A stretch of DNA of 64,000 nt. Origin: Promethearchaeota archaeon (GTDB lineage: Archaea > Asgardarchaeota > Lokiarchaeia > Sigyniarchaeales > SOKP01). Location of the stretch: assembly GCA_029838195.1 (NCBI GenBank), contig JALGVJ010000015.1, positions 1-64,000 of the forward strand, in the 5' to 3' direction. Shown piece by piece: positions 50,624 through 60,926 of this stretch. The position numbers and the translations under genes are program-made. Under the pieces are notes generated by a model. That model did no database searches and had not been told where the DNA came from. It was given only the letters and a program-made list of their open reading frames with translations. How positions within the stretch are numbered: the stretch's first letter is position 1; every line of letters begins with the position of its first letter.

Positions 50624-53251
50624 TTATCTCTTGTTTTTTCTTATTTTTATTATTTTCACTATTTCTTTCCAAAACGTGGCAATTATCGAAATAATGATGA
50701 CATATACCCAATCAGAAAGACTCAAGGGAGATAATCTGAACACCTTTGCGAGTGGCGGAATGTAAATGATTAGAATTGTCGTTAGGAAAGCCCCCATGGC
50801 CCAAAAAATCATCATTTTATTAGACAGCAGTCCTACTTTATAGAGCGGGTCATTATCCGTTCTCATGTTAAATGCTAAAAGAACGTGGCAGATCATCCAT
50901 GTCGCAAAAGCCATCGCACCTGCCCCTTGTAAACCCTGAAAATAAGCTATAGAATATACAAATATTACGGCAGCGGCTAACATTAATCCCCCCGAGAGGA
51001 TCTCACGTTTCATTTTTCGATTAATGAATTTCTCCGAAGGTTCACGAGGTGGTCTTTTCATGACATCACTTTCGGGGATTTCAATAACGAACGTTGCAGA
51101 GGCCCCTAAGTCCATGAACAATTCCAATAAAATAATTTGAATGGGGGCAAAAGGAAAGGGTATCGTAAAAAAGATCGGAAATAAAAAGATCGTGATTAGA
51201 GCTAACTTAACGGCTAAATAAAATCTCACTCCTTTTCTCAAATTCTCGAATAATTTTCTTCCTTCTTCTATTGCCACGGTTATAGTAGCAAAATTATCAT
51301 CCAATAATACCATATCAGCAGTTTCACGGGCAACATCTGTACCCGTAAGGCCCATGGCTATACCGATATCTGCTTTTTTAAGAGCAGGTGCATCATTAAT
51401 CCCATCTCCCGTGACTGCAACGATTTCTCCCATATCTTTTAATGTGTTCACGATTCTTAATTTTTGTTCGGGTGTGATGCGGGCAAAAATATTTGTAGAG
51501 GTAATTTTATTTTTTAATTCCATATCATCCATAACGGTTAAAGTTTTCCCCGAAATTACCCCATCCTTTTTCATTCCAATCTTTTCAGCTATCGAGACAG
51601 CAGTTATTTCATAATCGCCAGTTATCATGAACACTTTAATTCCAGCATCCAAGCATTTTTTGATGGCCTCTTTCACCTCTTCGCGAGGCGGATCGAGAAA
51701 TCCTATAATTCCTAGAAATATTAAGTCGTTTTCAGCCTCTTGTAGTTTCAAATCTTTCGAATTTGTTGTCTTATAAGCAAAAGCAAGAATTCTTAATCCC
51801 TCTTGAGCCATTTCATTGGCAATTTGTAATATTTTATCTTTTTCTACTTCAGAAAGAGAGATTTCAGTTTCATTGATTTTAATCTTTATCGATCTTTCTA
51901 AAATGGGTTCTAAGGCGCCTTTTACTAATACCATGTATTCCTGCTTGTATTTATAAATTTGAGACATCATCATTCGTTCATTATCAAAACTGAATTCGGT
52001 AATTAATGAATATTCTTGTTTTAACTCGTTTTCTGAAATGTTCGCTTGTTTTCCCGCTTCAATTAGAGCAATTTCCATGGGATCTCCTACCAGAATGGTT
52101 TTAGAATTTTCTTTCTTCATGATAACATCATGTACCAACATTCCAATCTCTAAAATCTTCCTCAGGGTTTCACTGAGAATATTTAAATTAAAAGGACTCA
52201 ATTTTCCGTTAGTATAACACGCGTCGAGTTCCATTCGATTTTCCGTGAGTGTTCCGGTTTTATCAGTCGCAATTACTGTGACACTTCCCAAAGTTTCGGC
52301 TGCTTTTAAATTTTTAACCAAAGCTTTCTTTTTTGATAAAATTAAGGCTCCTAAAGCTAAAACGATCATGATCAAAATCGGGAGCTCTTCTGGAATGGTA
52401 GCAAAGGAGAGACTTAATCCTACAAGGAGCATTTCAATTAAATCCCTCCCTTGAATCATCCCAATTACCGGGATGAGAAGGGAAAAAAAGAGAGCAATCC
52501 AAACTAACATCATTGATAATTGCTTCATGGCTATTTGAAGAGGAGTTTTAGGTTCTTTAATTTCTCTTGTTAATCCAGCAATATGACCGAGTTCTGTATT
52601 CATGCCCGTCGCAATTACCACCCCTAATCCCTTGCCTCGAGTAATGGTTGTTCCGGCAAATATAATGTTTGTTCTCTCGGTTAATCGTGTAAATTCTTTA
52701 AGAATAACATCCGCATGCTTGGTAATGGGTACGGATTCTCCGGTTAAAATGGATTCATTTACTTGCAATCCATATGATTCAAGTAATCGAATATCGGCAG
52801 GAAGTGTTTGTCCTACTTTTAAAATGATAATATCGCCCGGTACGACCTTTTTAGATTCAATTTCTTGATATCGTCCATCTCGTATCATAGAAATTAAAGG
52901 AGAGGCCATTTTCTTTAACTCCTGAATGGTTTTTTTAGCCCGATATTCGTTGTAAATTTCTACAAAAATTAAAATAGAAATAATAGCAAAAATGGTCAAA
53001 GCATCTCCAAAATCGCCAAAAATACTGTAAAGAATTCCTACTACCAAGAGGAGCAAGATCATGGGTTCCGATACTTCGTGAATGAATACTCTAAAAAATT
53101 TAATTTCTTTCTCTTCTTTTAAGAGATTTTCGCCGTATTCTTTTAAACGGTTTTCTGCTTCTTCAGTGGATAATCCTCTTTCTTGATCCACCCTTAACTC
53201 TCTTAATACTTGAATCTTGTCTTTCATCCAAGGTTTTTTAATTTCTTTCAT
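50624..53251 (-). CDS. Cation-transporting P-type ATPase (type II, Ca2+-like)
   Basis: LTGES, PEELP, DKTGTLT, KGA, MITGD, TGDGINDAPAL. Confidence 0.95.
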   Translation of the reverse strand: MKEIKKPWMKDKIQVLRELRVDQERGLSTEEAENRLKEYGENLLKEEKEIKFFRVFIHEVSEPMILLLLVVGILYSIFGDFGDALTIFAIISILIFVEIYNEYRAKKTIQELKKMASPLISMIRDGRYQEIESKKVVPGDIIILKVGQTLPADIRLLESYGLQVNESILTGESVPITKHADVILKEFTRLTERTNIIFAGTTITRGKGLGVVIATGMNTELGHIAGLTREIKEPKTPLQIAMKQLSMMLVWIALFFSLLIPVIGMIQGRDLIEMLLVGLSLSFATIPEELPILIMIVLALGALILSKKKALVKNLKAAETLGSVTVIATDKTGTLTENRMELDACYTNGKLSPFNLNILSETLRKILEIGMLVHDVIMKKENSKTILVGDPMEIALIEAGKQANISENELKQEYSLITEFSFDNERMMMSQIYKYKQEYMVLVKGALEPILERSIKIKINETEISLSEVEKDKILQIANEMAQEGLRILAFAYKTTNSKDLKLQEAENDLIFLGIIGFLDPPREEVKEAIKKCLDAGIKVFMITGDYEITAVSIAEKIGMKKDGVISGKTLTVMDDMELKNKITSTNIFARITPEQKLRIVNTLKDMGEIVAVTGDGINDAPALKKADIGIAMGLTGTDVARETADMVLLDDNFATITVAIEEGRKLFENLRKGVRFYLAVKLALITIFLFPIFFTIPFPFAPIQIILLELFMDLGASATFVIEIPESDVMKRPPREPSEKFINRKMKREILSGGLMLAAAVIFVYSIAYFQGLQGAGAMAFATWMICHVLLAFNMRTDNDPLYKVGLLSNKMMIFWAMGAFLTTILIIYIPPLAKVFRLSPLSLSDWVYVIIISIIATFWKEIVKIIKIRKNKR

Positions 53252-53350
53252 TTTTTTTTACCTATTATAAAGTATTGGCTATTAATCATGAATTTCTTGG
53301 CAAATCACGCCATATTCATGACATTACTTAAATTATTTTATTTTTACAAT

Positions 53351-53369
53351 GATATCGGTTCTCGATATC
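53351..53369. promoter_or_regulatory. Palindrome GATATCG-N5-CGATATC, candidate PadR operator
   Basis: Perfect 7-bp arms between the divergent ATPase and padR genes, adjacent to minus-strand TATTTAATA. Confidence 0.6.
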
Positions 53370-53543
53370 GGTATTAAATAATATTACATGATTCATGAAA
53401 TTTAAATATAATTCATCACGTGTTGAATCAAAAGAATTAATAACTAAGAAATTTACATTAATAGTAATTAGAACGTTTGATATAATTGGATTTCTTTTTA
53501 TCTGAGATATCATGAAAATTCAAATTTAAAATAGCGATAAGCC

Positions 53544-53846
53544 ATGAATGCATTAGCAAAATTCAAGAAAGGCGCAATAATGGTCCATATTTTATATCAT
53601 GCCAGCAAGGAACCTTTTTATGGGGTGTGGCTAAAACGCGAATTAAAGAGACATGGTTATAACATTTCCTATGGAACTCTGTACCCTTGGTTAAATAAAT
53701 TATCTGCTGCGGGATATTTACAATTCTACGAAAAAAATGTGAATGGAAAAATTCGCAAGTATTACACGATTACTGATTTAGGGAAAAAGCAGTTATTAGA
53801 AATGAAGAAATATTTAAAAGAATTACATGATGAGGTCATAGAATAA
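53544..53846 (+). CDS. PadR family transcriptional regulator
   Basis: FYG..., ISYGTLYP.L, RKYYTITDLG. Confidence 0.92.
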   Translation: MNALAKFKKGAIMVHILYHASKEPFYGVWLKRELKRHGYNISYGTLYPWLNKLSAAGYLQFYEKNVNGKIRKYYTITDLGKKQLLEMKKYLKELHDEVIE

Positions 53847-54014
53847 TAACACTGGTTGAGAACTCTTAAGGATTTAATTCATTTTCATGGTCAATTATTT
53901 TATTTTGGCTACTGGAACGAAGGAAGCTTCTTAAGAGCGGGATCTTTTCGCCTTTCTTCTCTCCTTCGTTTAAAGAGCGAAACCCAGGATTTTTTATCCC
54001 TTTTTATCAATAAA

Positions 54015-55757
54015 TTACAAGAAATTGAATAAAAAGGATTCAACGCTTAAAACTTGATGCACGGCGGCGCCAAAAAATATTTGGATTATTATAAAAGACG
54101 TAATAATCACGGAACTAAATTGCTCTGTTCTTTCATAAATCAGGCCGTTTATAATGACGACGACTAACGAAATAAGATATGTAACGAGAATAGAATTAAT
54201 GATGAATAATTTCGGAGCAAGCGCCATTAGAAATAAATGATTAATAATAGATAATATCGCAATCGTATAAACCCTATATTTATTGGATCGGATGAAATTT
54301 AATAATGGATAAATGATTTTTCGGTAAAAGAGCTCCATGGCCAAGTAAAGTGGGTAAATAGTGATGGCTAGGATCGTTGATAAAATGTTTGACGGGAAAA
54401 AAAAAGCAAAAGGATAAGAAATAGAAAATAAATAATACATGCTAAGAAACGTGATGGAAGAAAATAACGCATACCCCAATACTTTTACTCTTAATTGAAA
54501 TTTAACTTGATTCTTATAACCACGTCTTTTTTCTCTGTTTAATCTTGGTTTCTTGAGATATAATACCGCTTTTCCAAGAAAATATAACACGATCATAATT
54601 AATGGAGCAATAATAAAGCTTAAGAGACTTAAAAATAAAAATGAAATCTCAAAAATAATCAAGAAAAAAGAGAAGGATATACCTATTTTAATAATTCTAA
54701 GATAAATATCAGACCTCATGAAATCCTTCTCGAGCTCTTGGATTGGTTCCTTCTCTATTAATTTTCTATTTTTATTTTTCTTAAAGTAATCCTTCGCTTC
54801 TTCAAAAATAAAATAATTAGAGGCAAATCTTATGATGGCAATCGTGCACAGCAACAAGCTGGAAAGAGATATTCCCAATAAAACATAATTTATTGAGTAG
54901 GTCAAGTAGATTGGCCCGTTAATTTTAATATCTCCAAAAAAAATTTGTTCAAACCAATAAATCGTTCCTATTAACACTTCATCACTGAGGAGAGTATGAT
55001 TTGAAAAAGGTAACTTTTTTTCTATTGTAATTAATTGACATCCGGTAATTTCTTGAAGTACCAATGCATTTTCCGAAAAATTGAGTAATTCATCATGTAC
55101 ATGATGAAACGCCAATAAATTTTCCGTGTTTTGCTTAGTTAATAAATTAACGGGAAAATACTCCACGAAAGGGTCATCTTTAGACAACCCAAACATTTTA
55201 GGGTCAGGATTTACCAGAGCTGCCCAAGTAACAATCGCTTTAAATCGATTATCAAGAGCACCATTCATTAAAACGACCATTCCACCTAACGAATGACCAA
55301 TCAAACCGATTTGATCTTTATCAATTCGAGTTTTAAAAACATTCGTGTTTTCAAAATAATTCAAAAAATTAGAACAATCTTCGGCTAAAGCAGGCACGCC
55401 CGTTTTTTCATCAATATTCAGGATATTTCCCTCTGATTCCCCGTGTCCTTGATAATCGATTGCAACAACAAAAAAGCCGCGTTTAGTGAATTCTACAGGA
55501 ACTCTAAGATCGAGATCTCTCTGACTCCCAATTCCATGAGCCCAAATAACAAGCGGATGTTTTTCTTGAAAAGGTAAATTAATGTTCGGGTAATATAAAT
55601 TAGCATAAAGGGTAGCTCCAGCAGATTCAAATTGGATGCGCTCATATTTTTGATAACTCATATTGCGATTAACATAAAGAAATGATAGGGAAAAAACAAA
55701 TATCATGAAGGTCACTAATAAAAAAGATTGACCATAGCTTTTATCGTATTTTTTCAT
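54015..55757 (-). CDS. Alpha/beta hydrolase with N-terminal anchor and multi-TM C-terminal domain
   Basis: AHG, DYQGHGES, GHSLGG nucleophile elbow; about 8 C-terminal TM segments. Confidence 0.85.
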   Translation of the reverse strand: MKKYDKSYGQSFLLVTFMIFVFSLSFLYVNRNMSYQKYERIQFESAGATLYANLYYPNINLPFQEKHPLVIWAHGIGSQRDLDLRVPVEFTKRGFFVVAIDYQGHGESEGNILNIDEKTGVPALAEDCSNFLNYFENTNVFKTRIDKDQIGLIGHSLGGMVVLMNGALDNRFKAIVTWAALVNPDPKMFGLSKDDPFVEYFPVNLLTKQNTENLLAFHHVHDELLNFSENALVLQEITGCQLITIEKKLPFSNHTLLSDEVLIGTIYWFEQIFFGDIKINGPIYLTYSINYVLLGISLSSLLLCTIAIIRFASNYFIFEEAKDYFKKNKNRKLIEKEPIQELEKDFMRSDIYLRIIKIGISFSFFLIIFEISFLFLSLLSFIIAPLIMIVLYFLGKAVLYLKKPRLNREKRRGYKNQVKFQLRVKVLGYALFSSITFLSMYYLFSISYPFAFFFPSNILSTILAITIYPLYLAMELFYRKIIYPLLNFIRSNKYRVYTIAILSIINHLFLMALAPKLFIINSILVTYLISLVVVIINGLIYERTEQFSSVIITSFIIIQIFFGAAVHQVLSVESFLFNFL

Positions 55758-55945
55758 TGGAGTAATGAAATTAAGAGAGAATTAGTTGGAAATCTCAACT
55801 TCACGGAGAAGAAAATGCATTTTACCGAAAAATAGAATTTAATTTTCCTTAAAATCTTTTTTATTTAGATAAATCAAGAGTTAATACATATAGAAGGGGA
55901 ATGCTTGATTTCAATAAATTTTTATAGAATCAATGAAATATAATT

Positions 55946-56677
55946 TTGATCTCCATGACAGAAAAAAAAGAAACTTTAAAAATTATAGATGGAACCTTAG
56001 AAGCCGTGGAAAAAATATTTTCCCAATTCTCGGACGTGCTAAAAACGGCTAGAAAAGAATTAATCAAATTAGAAAAGGAAAGGGAAAAGCTCCGTAATGA
56101 AACCATCCTTTTAGAAAATGAAAAACGACAACTGGAAGATGAGAAGACAAAATTAGAAATAGAGAAAAAAAATCTTGAAAAAGAAAAACTTCAACTAGAA
56201 AATGATAAGAGTCTTTTAGAACAAGAAACAAAAAAACTTGAAAAAGAAAAGCAAGAACGAGATAGAAAAATAGGAACTCTCACGGAGGAACAACAACGCT
56301 TATTACAAGAATATGAGAGCCTTAAAATAGAGTTAAATAAATTGGCGAAAATAGCGGAAGAATCTCAAGAAGCCGAATTCAATTTTGAAAGGATAAAAGC
56401 ACTTCTTTCGATTTATGCCGTGCTCATTGAAGAAATTTGGCAAGGACAACCCCATTACAGGATATTGCTAGCTCTGCACGGAGATAAAGAAGAAATGTCT
56501 CGAGATACCATTCAAAAAACCACAGGGATTTCAGGGGTGATGGTATTAAGAGCGCTTCATGAATTAGCTAATGTTAACTTGATCGAGTTTGATGAAGAAT
56601 CAGGCACGATTCGATTGAAAAAACGATTGTTCGACAAGAAAGATTTGGAAGAAAAAGAGAAGAAAAAAAATCCTTGA
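55946..56677 (+). CDS. Heptad-repeat coiled-coil protein with C-terminal winged helix
   Basis: Seven LExE/DK-like heptads at 56111-56257; MSRDTIQKTTGISGVMVLRALHELANVNLIEFD. Confidence 0.85.
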   Translation: MISMTEKKETLKIIDGTLEAVEKIFSQFSDVLKTARKELIKLEKEREKLRNETILLENEKRQLEDEKTKLEIEKKNLEKEKLQLENDKSLLEQETKKLEKEKQERDRKIGTLTEEQQRLLQEYESLKIELNKLAKIAEESQEAEFNFERIKALLSIYAVLIEEIWQGQPHYRILLALHGDKEEMSRDTIQKTTGISGVMVLRALHELANVNLIEFDEESGTIRLKKRLFDKKDLEEKEKKKNP

Positions 56678-56865
56678 ATTTTTAAGTCCCATCCCTTCTT
56701 CTCAGTAATTACGGGGGCTGATTAATGTCATTTTTTATTACTATAAAAAAATATAGTAGATGCAATAATTTATATATAATAAAAAGTTTGAATATTCAAG
56801 AATAAAAAGTTCCTTATATTTCATGAAAAATTTAATCAAGGTTAGAAAAAATAAAAGGAAAAACC

Positions 56866-57966
56866 ATGAGCGATGATAAATTTTGGAAAAAAGTAGCCCG
56901 TACCATCCAGAAAAGTGGGGGCTTCCCGATGCCTATAAATGATACCTTATTAGAACTTACCAAAACATTGATAAACAAAGAAGAGGGTAAATTCATTTTA
57001 TATTTCAAAAAACCCTCTTTAAATATTGATCAATTAAAAGAAAAATCAGAATTAGATGATAAAAGGTTTAATAGAGTATTAAACCGGCTTTTGGATAAAG
57101 GAATCATCGTGGAATCGCAATCGCGGACCACTGGAATTACGGTTTATAATTTAATGCCTTATCTTCCCGGAATTTTTGAGTTTAGCTTCATGAGAGGAGA
57201 ATATGGAGAGCGCGAGAAAAAATTAGCGCGACTGTATGAGAAACTTCATCGTGAGTTAGCAATTTATACTCAAAATAATTATGATAGTTTTATCGAGCAA
57301 TATAAAAAAGTTAACATGATGGATAGAGTCGTACCAGTTGAGGAGGAAATAGAAGTAAGCCCCGAGTCAGTGACACATTTAGAAGAGATTTCCAAGATTA
57401 TCGAAAAATTCGAAGATATCGCCGTTTCTTATTGTTATTGCCGACATCAGAAAGAGCTCTTAGATCAACGCTGTGAGATAAATGCGCCCAAATTTAATTG
57501 TTTTCAGCTCGGTAAGAATGCAAAATTTGCGGTGGAAAGAGGCTTTGCCAAAGCGGTTAGTAAGGAGGAAGCCATGAAAATAATGAAGGAGGCAGAGGAT
57601 GCTGGCTTGGTTCATAAAATAATTCATGTCGGAGCTAATCCGGATAAAATCGAGGCTGCCATTTGCAATTGTTGTAAGGATTGTTGTACTACATTTCAAT
57701 TATATTATCAAGGAATAGGTCCATTAAAATCTCTAACATCTTATATTTCTAAAATAGAAGAAGAGTCCTGCGTCGGATGTGGGACTTGCGTTGAGAGATG
57801 CCCCGTGGAAGCCATTGAAGTGATCGAGCAAATTGCAAGCATTAATGAAAATAGATGTATTGGCTGTGGTATATGTGCTCACTTCTGTCCTCAAGAATCA
57901 ATTAAATTAGAAAGAACTGGCCCCCGCATGGTATTTGTTCCTCCTCCAAGAATCACGACAAATTAG
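56866..57966 (+). CDS. Fe-S protein with N-terminal HTH-like region and C-terminal 2x[4Fe-4S]
   Basis: CYCR, GLVH, ICNCCKDCC, CVGCGTCVERCP, CIGCGICAHFCP. Confidence 0.9.
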   Translation: MSDDKFWKKVARTIQKSGGFPMPINDTLLELTKTLINKEEGKFILYFKKPSLNIDQLKEKSELDDKRFNRVLNRLLDKGIIVESQSRTTGITVYNLMPYLPGIFEFSFMRGEYGEREKKLARLYEKLHRELAIYTQNNYDSFIEQYKKVNMMDRVVPVEEEIEVSPESVTHLEEISKIIEKFEDIAVSYCYCRHQKELLDQRCEINAPKFNCFQLGKNAKFAVERGFAKAVSKEEAMKIMKEAEDAGLVHKIIHVGANPDKIEAAICNCCKDCCTTFQLYYQGIGPLKSLTSYISKIEEESCVGCGTCVERCPVEAIEVIEQIASINENRCIGCGICAHFCPQESIKLERTGPRMVFVPPPRITTN

Positions 57967-58182
57967 ATCAGTTTTTTTACCTTAATATTTTTTTATTTTT
58001 GAGTTAAAGAGCAATGGGTTTATTTACTCTTTTTTAAATTAAAAATTAAAAAGTAAATCTTGTAGAACTCCAACCTTAAGAATCAATAATGCAAATAAGG
58101 GTAATGAAATTTTTATCTATATTATTAGCTATCAGGATAAAATTAATCAATTATTTTAAATTATGGTGAGATGTGATGAATC

Positions 58183-58512
58183 ATGAGCATGAAAGATATA
58201 ATGGATAAATGCAAGCTTACCAAGGAGGAATTAGAACAATATTATAAGAATGTGGAAGCCATGGATAAAAAAACAGACCATTCACGGGCTTATCGAACCT
58301 TGATGAACCCATTGAGAAGAGAGATTTTAAAATTCATTGGATTCGAAGTGAAGACCACGGAAGAGATAGAAAAAGGATTAAATATGGAGCCAGATCAATT
58401 GAATTATCATTTATCAATGTTAGAACAATTGTATTACGTGATGAATTGTTCTGAGGGATGGAAAGCAACTCCTAGGGGAATTGCCTTTCTTTTAAATGCT
58501 AGAATGGACTAA
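58183..58512 (+). CDS. ArsR-like winged-helix protein
   Basis: LMNPLRREIL...LNYHLSML...WKATPRG. Confidence 0.8.
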   Translation: MSMKDIMDKCKLTKEELEQYYKNVEAMDKKTDHSRAYRTLMNPLRREILKFIGFEVKTTEEIEKGLNMEPDQLNYHLSMLEQLYYVMNCSEGWKATPRGIAFLLNARMD

Positions 58513-58514
58513 TC

Positions 58515-59252
58515 TTATTTGTTTTCATTTTGCAGATTTAATTCATTTACGATGGTTTTTTCAAAATTTCTTAAATTTTTCAATTTTCGATACCATCGTT
58601 TAAAATGAATCCACATGTAGATTAAAAAGATAATGAGTACGACGGAGCTACTAAAATTTAAAAAGAACATGAAGGGAAAATATTCTATTATTTCTTCCAC
58701 GAGCAAATAGACAATGGCTCCAAACATACGCAAGGACCACCAAAAATAAAAAATCGCAAGAGCATTCATGATGTAAAAAATAATTCGGATTTTTTCCATG
58801 TGATTAACGATCTCATAAAAAAGAGCAGTTAAAGTAGTGGTAGAGGTCGTAGAAGTATCAAGATTCCCTTCTACTTGCTCTTGTTTAGATCTGAATTCAA
58901 TATAACGGGTGTTATATTCATTAATCTTTAATTTCCATTTTTTTAAAAAGACATGTTGAAGGAGCGAAAAAATGGTTAAAATGAGAAAAACCATGGAAGG
59001 AATCATTAACATCAATCCAATGAATATTTTTTGTTCTACGGTCAAATCGAATTTGGGAGGATGAGGAGTATACCGCAGAAAAATGGATCCGATGAAAATA
59101 AAAAAGATGTTGATAATGATTATGCAGAGAGAATAAAGGGGAAAAATCATGCTAATCTTTAAATACGCCTTTTCTTTATTTATATAGTTTAACCCTCCTT
59201 TTTCAGCTTTCTCTAAAAAGTCCATTTCATTATATTCAGCTTTTTCGCTCAT
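58515..59252 (-). CDS. Four-TM hypothetical membrane protein
   Basis: Two TM hairpins, each ending in a W...K-rich helix. Confidence 0.75.
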   Translation of the reverse strand: MSEKAEYNEMDFLEKAEKGGLNYINKEKAYLKISMIFPLYSLCIIIINIFFIFIGSIFLRYTPHPPKFDLTVEQKIFIGLMLMIPSMVFLILTIFSLLQHVFLKKWKLKINEYNTRYIEFRSKQEQVEGNLDTSTTSTTTLTALFYEIVNHMEKIRIIFYIMNALAIFYFWWSLRMFGAIVYLLVEEIIEYFPFMFFLNFSSSVVLIIFLIYMWIHFKRWYRKLKNLRNFEKTIVNELNLQNENK

Positions 59253-59303
59253 GATATTTTTAACTTTTATATTATCTAAAATGACTTTTACAACATATTG
59301 CGT

Positions 59304-59606
59304 CTATAATTCTAATTCCGTGTTAATTTTAACAAACCATTCATATCTTTTTTTTCCAAGATCCGTTATTCTATATAATATTATGGTTCTATCCCCCCAT
59401 GCTTCTTCATAAGAGCTAATATAGCCAGCCTCTTCCATTTTTTTTAGATATTTTTCAGCAGTGGTTGTTTTCAATTTACACTTTTTGATTAAATTTGATT
59501 TTACAATTCCATTTTCATCGTAAGGATTCGCCTTTTCACGAAGTAGCGTTTCTAGAATATTTAAGATGATCATGTTCGATGATCTGTAGCTTTTTTTCGT
59601 TGCCAT
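59304..59606 (-). CDS. Archaeal winged-helix regulator
   Basis: YRSSNMIILNIL...KYLKKMEEAGYI...YRITDLG. Confidence 0.85.
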   Translation of the reverse strand: MATKKSYRSSNMIILNILETLLREKANPYDENGIVKSNLIKKCKLKTTTAEKYLKKMEEAGYISSYEEAWGDRTIILYRITDLGKKRYEWFVKINTELEL

Positions 59607-59912
59607 TATCGTGATCGTAATAAAAAATCTCTTCCTTAGATAAAAATATGAATTCCTTTTTTTTATTTCTAATTTTTTTCATGGGTACGACTCGAATGGT
59701 GATTAATTTCAAGGGAGCACTTAAAAGAAACAAATAGAATCCTTAAGTTTTCAATTTTTTATAAAAATTTAAAGTCTGGGGAACCTTTGGTAGGTAACAT
59801 CAAAATGCCCTAAATATCCCAATATCCTCTTTATTTTTATTAACTTAGAGGAAGAGGAGAGAAAAAAATGAATTTAATAAATTGTAAGGTAAAAATGGAA
59901 AAATCGCTCGTT

Positions 59913-60854
59913 TTATATGAAAATATTCAATTTCTTTTTTATTTCCTTACAACGCGACCGGAGCGTGACTTCCGTGATTCCAATTAACGTTGCTATTTCA
60001 TTTTGAGTGAGGTCTACGTGTTTAATCTTTCCTGCTAGATACAGTGCGGCAGCCACGAGGCCTCGAGGATCTTTTCCACTAATTCCAAAGCGCTTAATAA
60101 ATTCTTTAGTAATCTTAATAGCTAGTTGTTCTACTTCTGCTGGAACGCCTAGTTTAGAAGCGAACCTTGGAATTAAGTTACTAGGCTCTCTGGAGGGTAT
60201 TTTCAATTTCAACTCTTTAATTAGAGCAGAATAACATCGTTTTATATCATTCTCATTCTCGGCGCTTTCATCAAGAATTTCTTGAAAGGTAATAGGTATT
60301 TTTTCCTTACGCAAGGCATAATACAAGCAGGCTGCGACCATGCCGTTAATGGAACGTCCACGCAATAATTTTCGGCTGAAGGCAATTTTATACAATCGCA
60401 TAGCTTCCTTCATGATATAATCGGGCACGTTTAAATTGCTTGAGATTCGTTTTAATTCGGTAGTTGCAATGAGCAGATTTCTCTTTTGCCATGTTATGCG
60501 TGTATCCCATTTTGCAGCTCTTTTTAAGTCAGGATTCTTTATTTCGCTTCTATTGATGGTCGTTGTAAGACTGATATCAGGGACCATGATGGAAATGGGA
60601 GATCCCACGTGGTCTCTATTTTTCTTTTCTTGTTCATTAAAGGATCTTCGTCCAGCATGAGAAAAGTCCACGCTTTTTTCTTCGAGGATTAATCCACATT
60701 GATTGCAGACAGTATCGCCAGATCCTTCAATTACAATGATATCGCCTCCACATTCGGGACACTTGGACGCATTTTTAATCAAATCCGATGTTGCGCTCAT
60801 TTTTCCATTCACCTCGTTGAGCAAAAAATTATTTTTTAATTTTCTTAATACCAC
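59913..60854 (-). CDS. tfb: Transcription initiation factor IIB paralog; start probably ATG at 60800
   Basis: Zn ribbon CPECG...CNQCG; cyclin repeats RGRS and GKDP; TQNEIA...TEVTLR HTH. Confidence 0.93.
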   Translation of the reverse strand: MVLRKLKNNFLLNEVNGKMSATSDLIKNASKCPECGGDIIVIEGSGDTVCNQCGLILEEKSVDFSHAGRRSFNEQEKKNRDHVGSPISIMVPDISLTTTINRSEIKNPDLKRAAKWDTRITWQKRNLLIATTELKRISSNLNVPDYIMKEAMRLYKIAFSRKLLRGRSINGMVAACLYYALRKEKIPITFQEILDESAENENDIKRCYSALIKELKLKIPSREPSNLIPRFASKLGVPAEVEQLAIKITKEFIKRFGISGKDPRGLVAAALYLAGKIKHVDLTQNEIATLIGITEVTLRSRCKEIKKKLNIFI

Positions 60855-60926
60855 AATACTTATTAGGTTGGTTTTACTTATTTAAAAATTTGTATTTTAA
60901 AAACATGAAATTTCATGTAAAAAATA

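Noticed and set aside
53857-53970. AACGAAGGA/TCCTTCGTT inverted repeat (53916-53970) and an FmdE-like peptide trace (LKDLIHFHGQL) after padR
   Set aside because: Too short and ambiguous to distinguish terminator, gene remnant or chance
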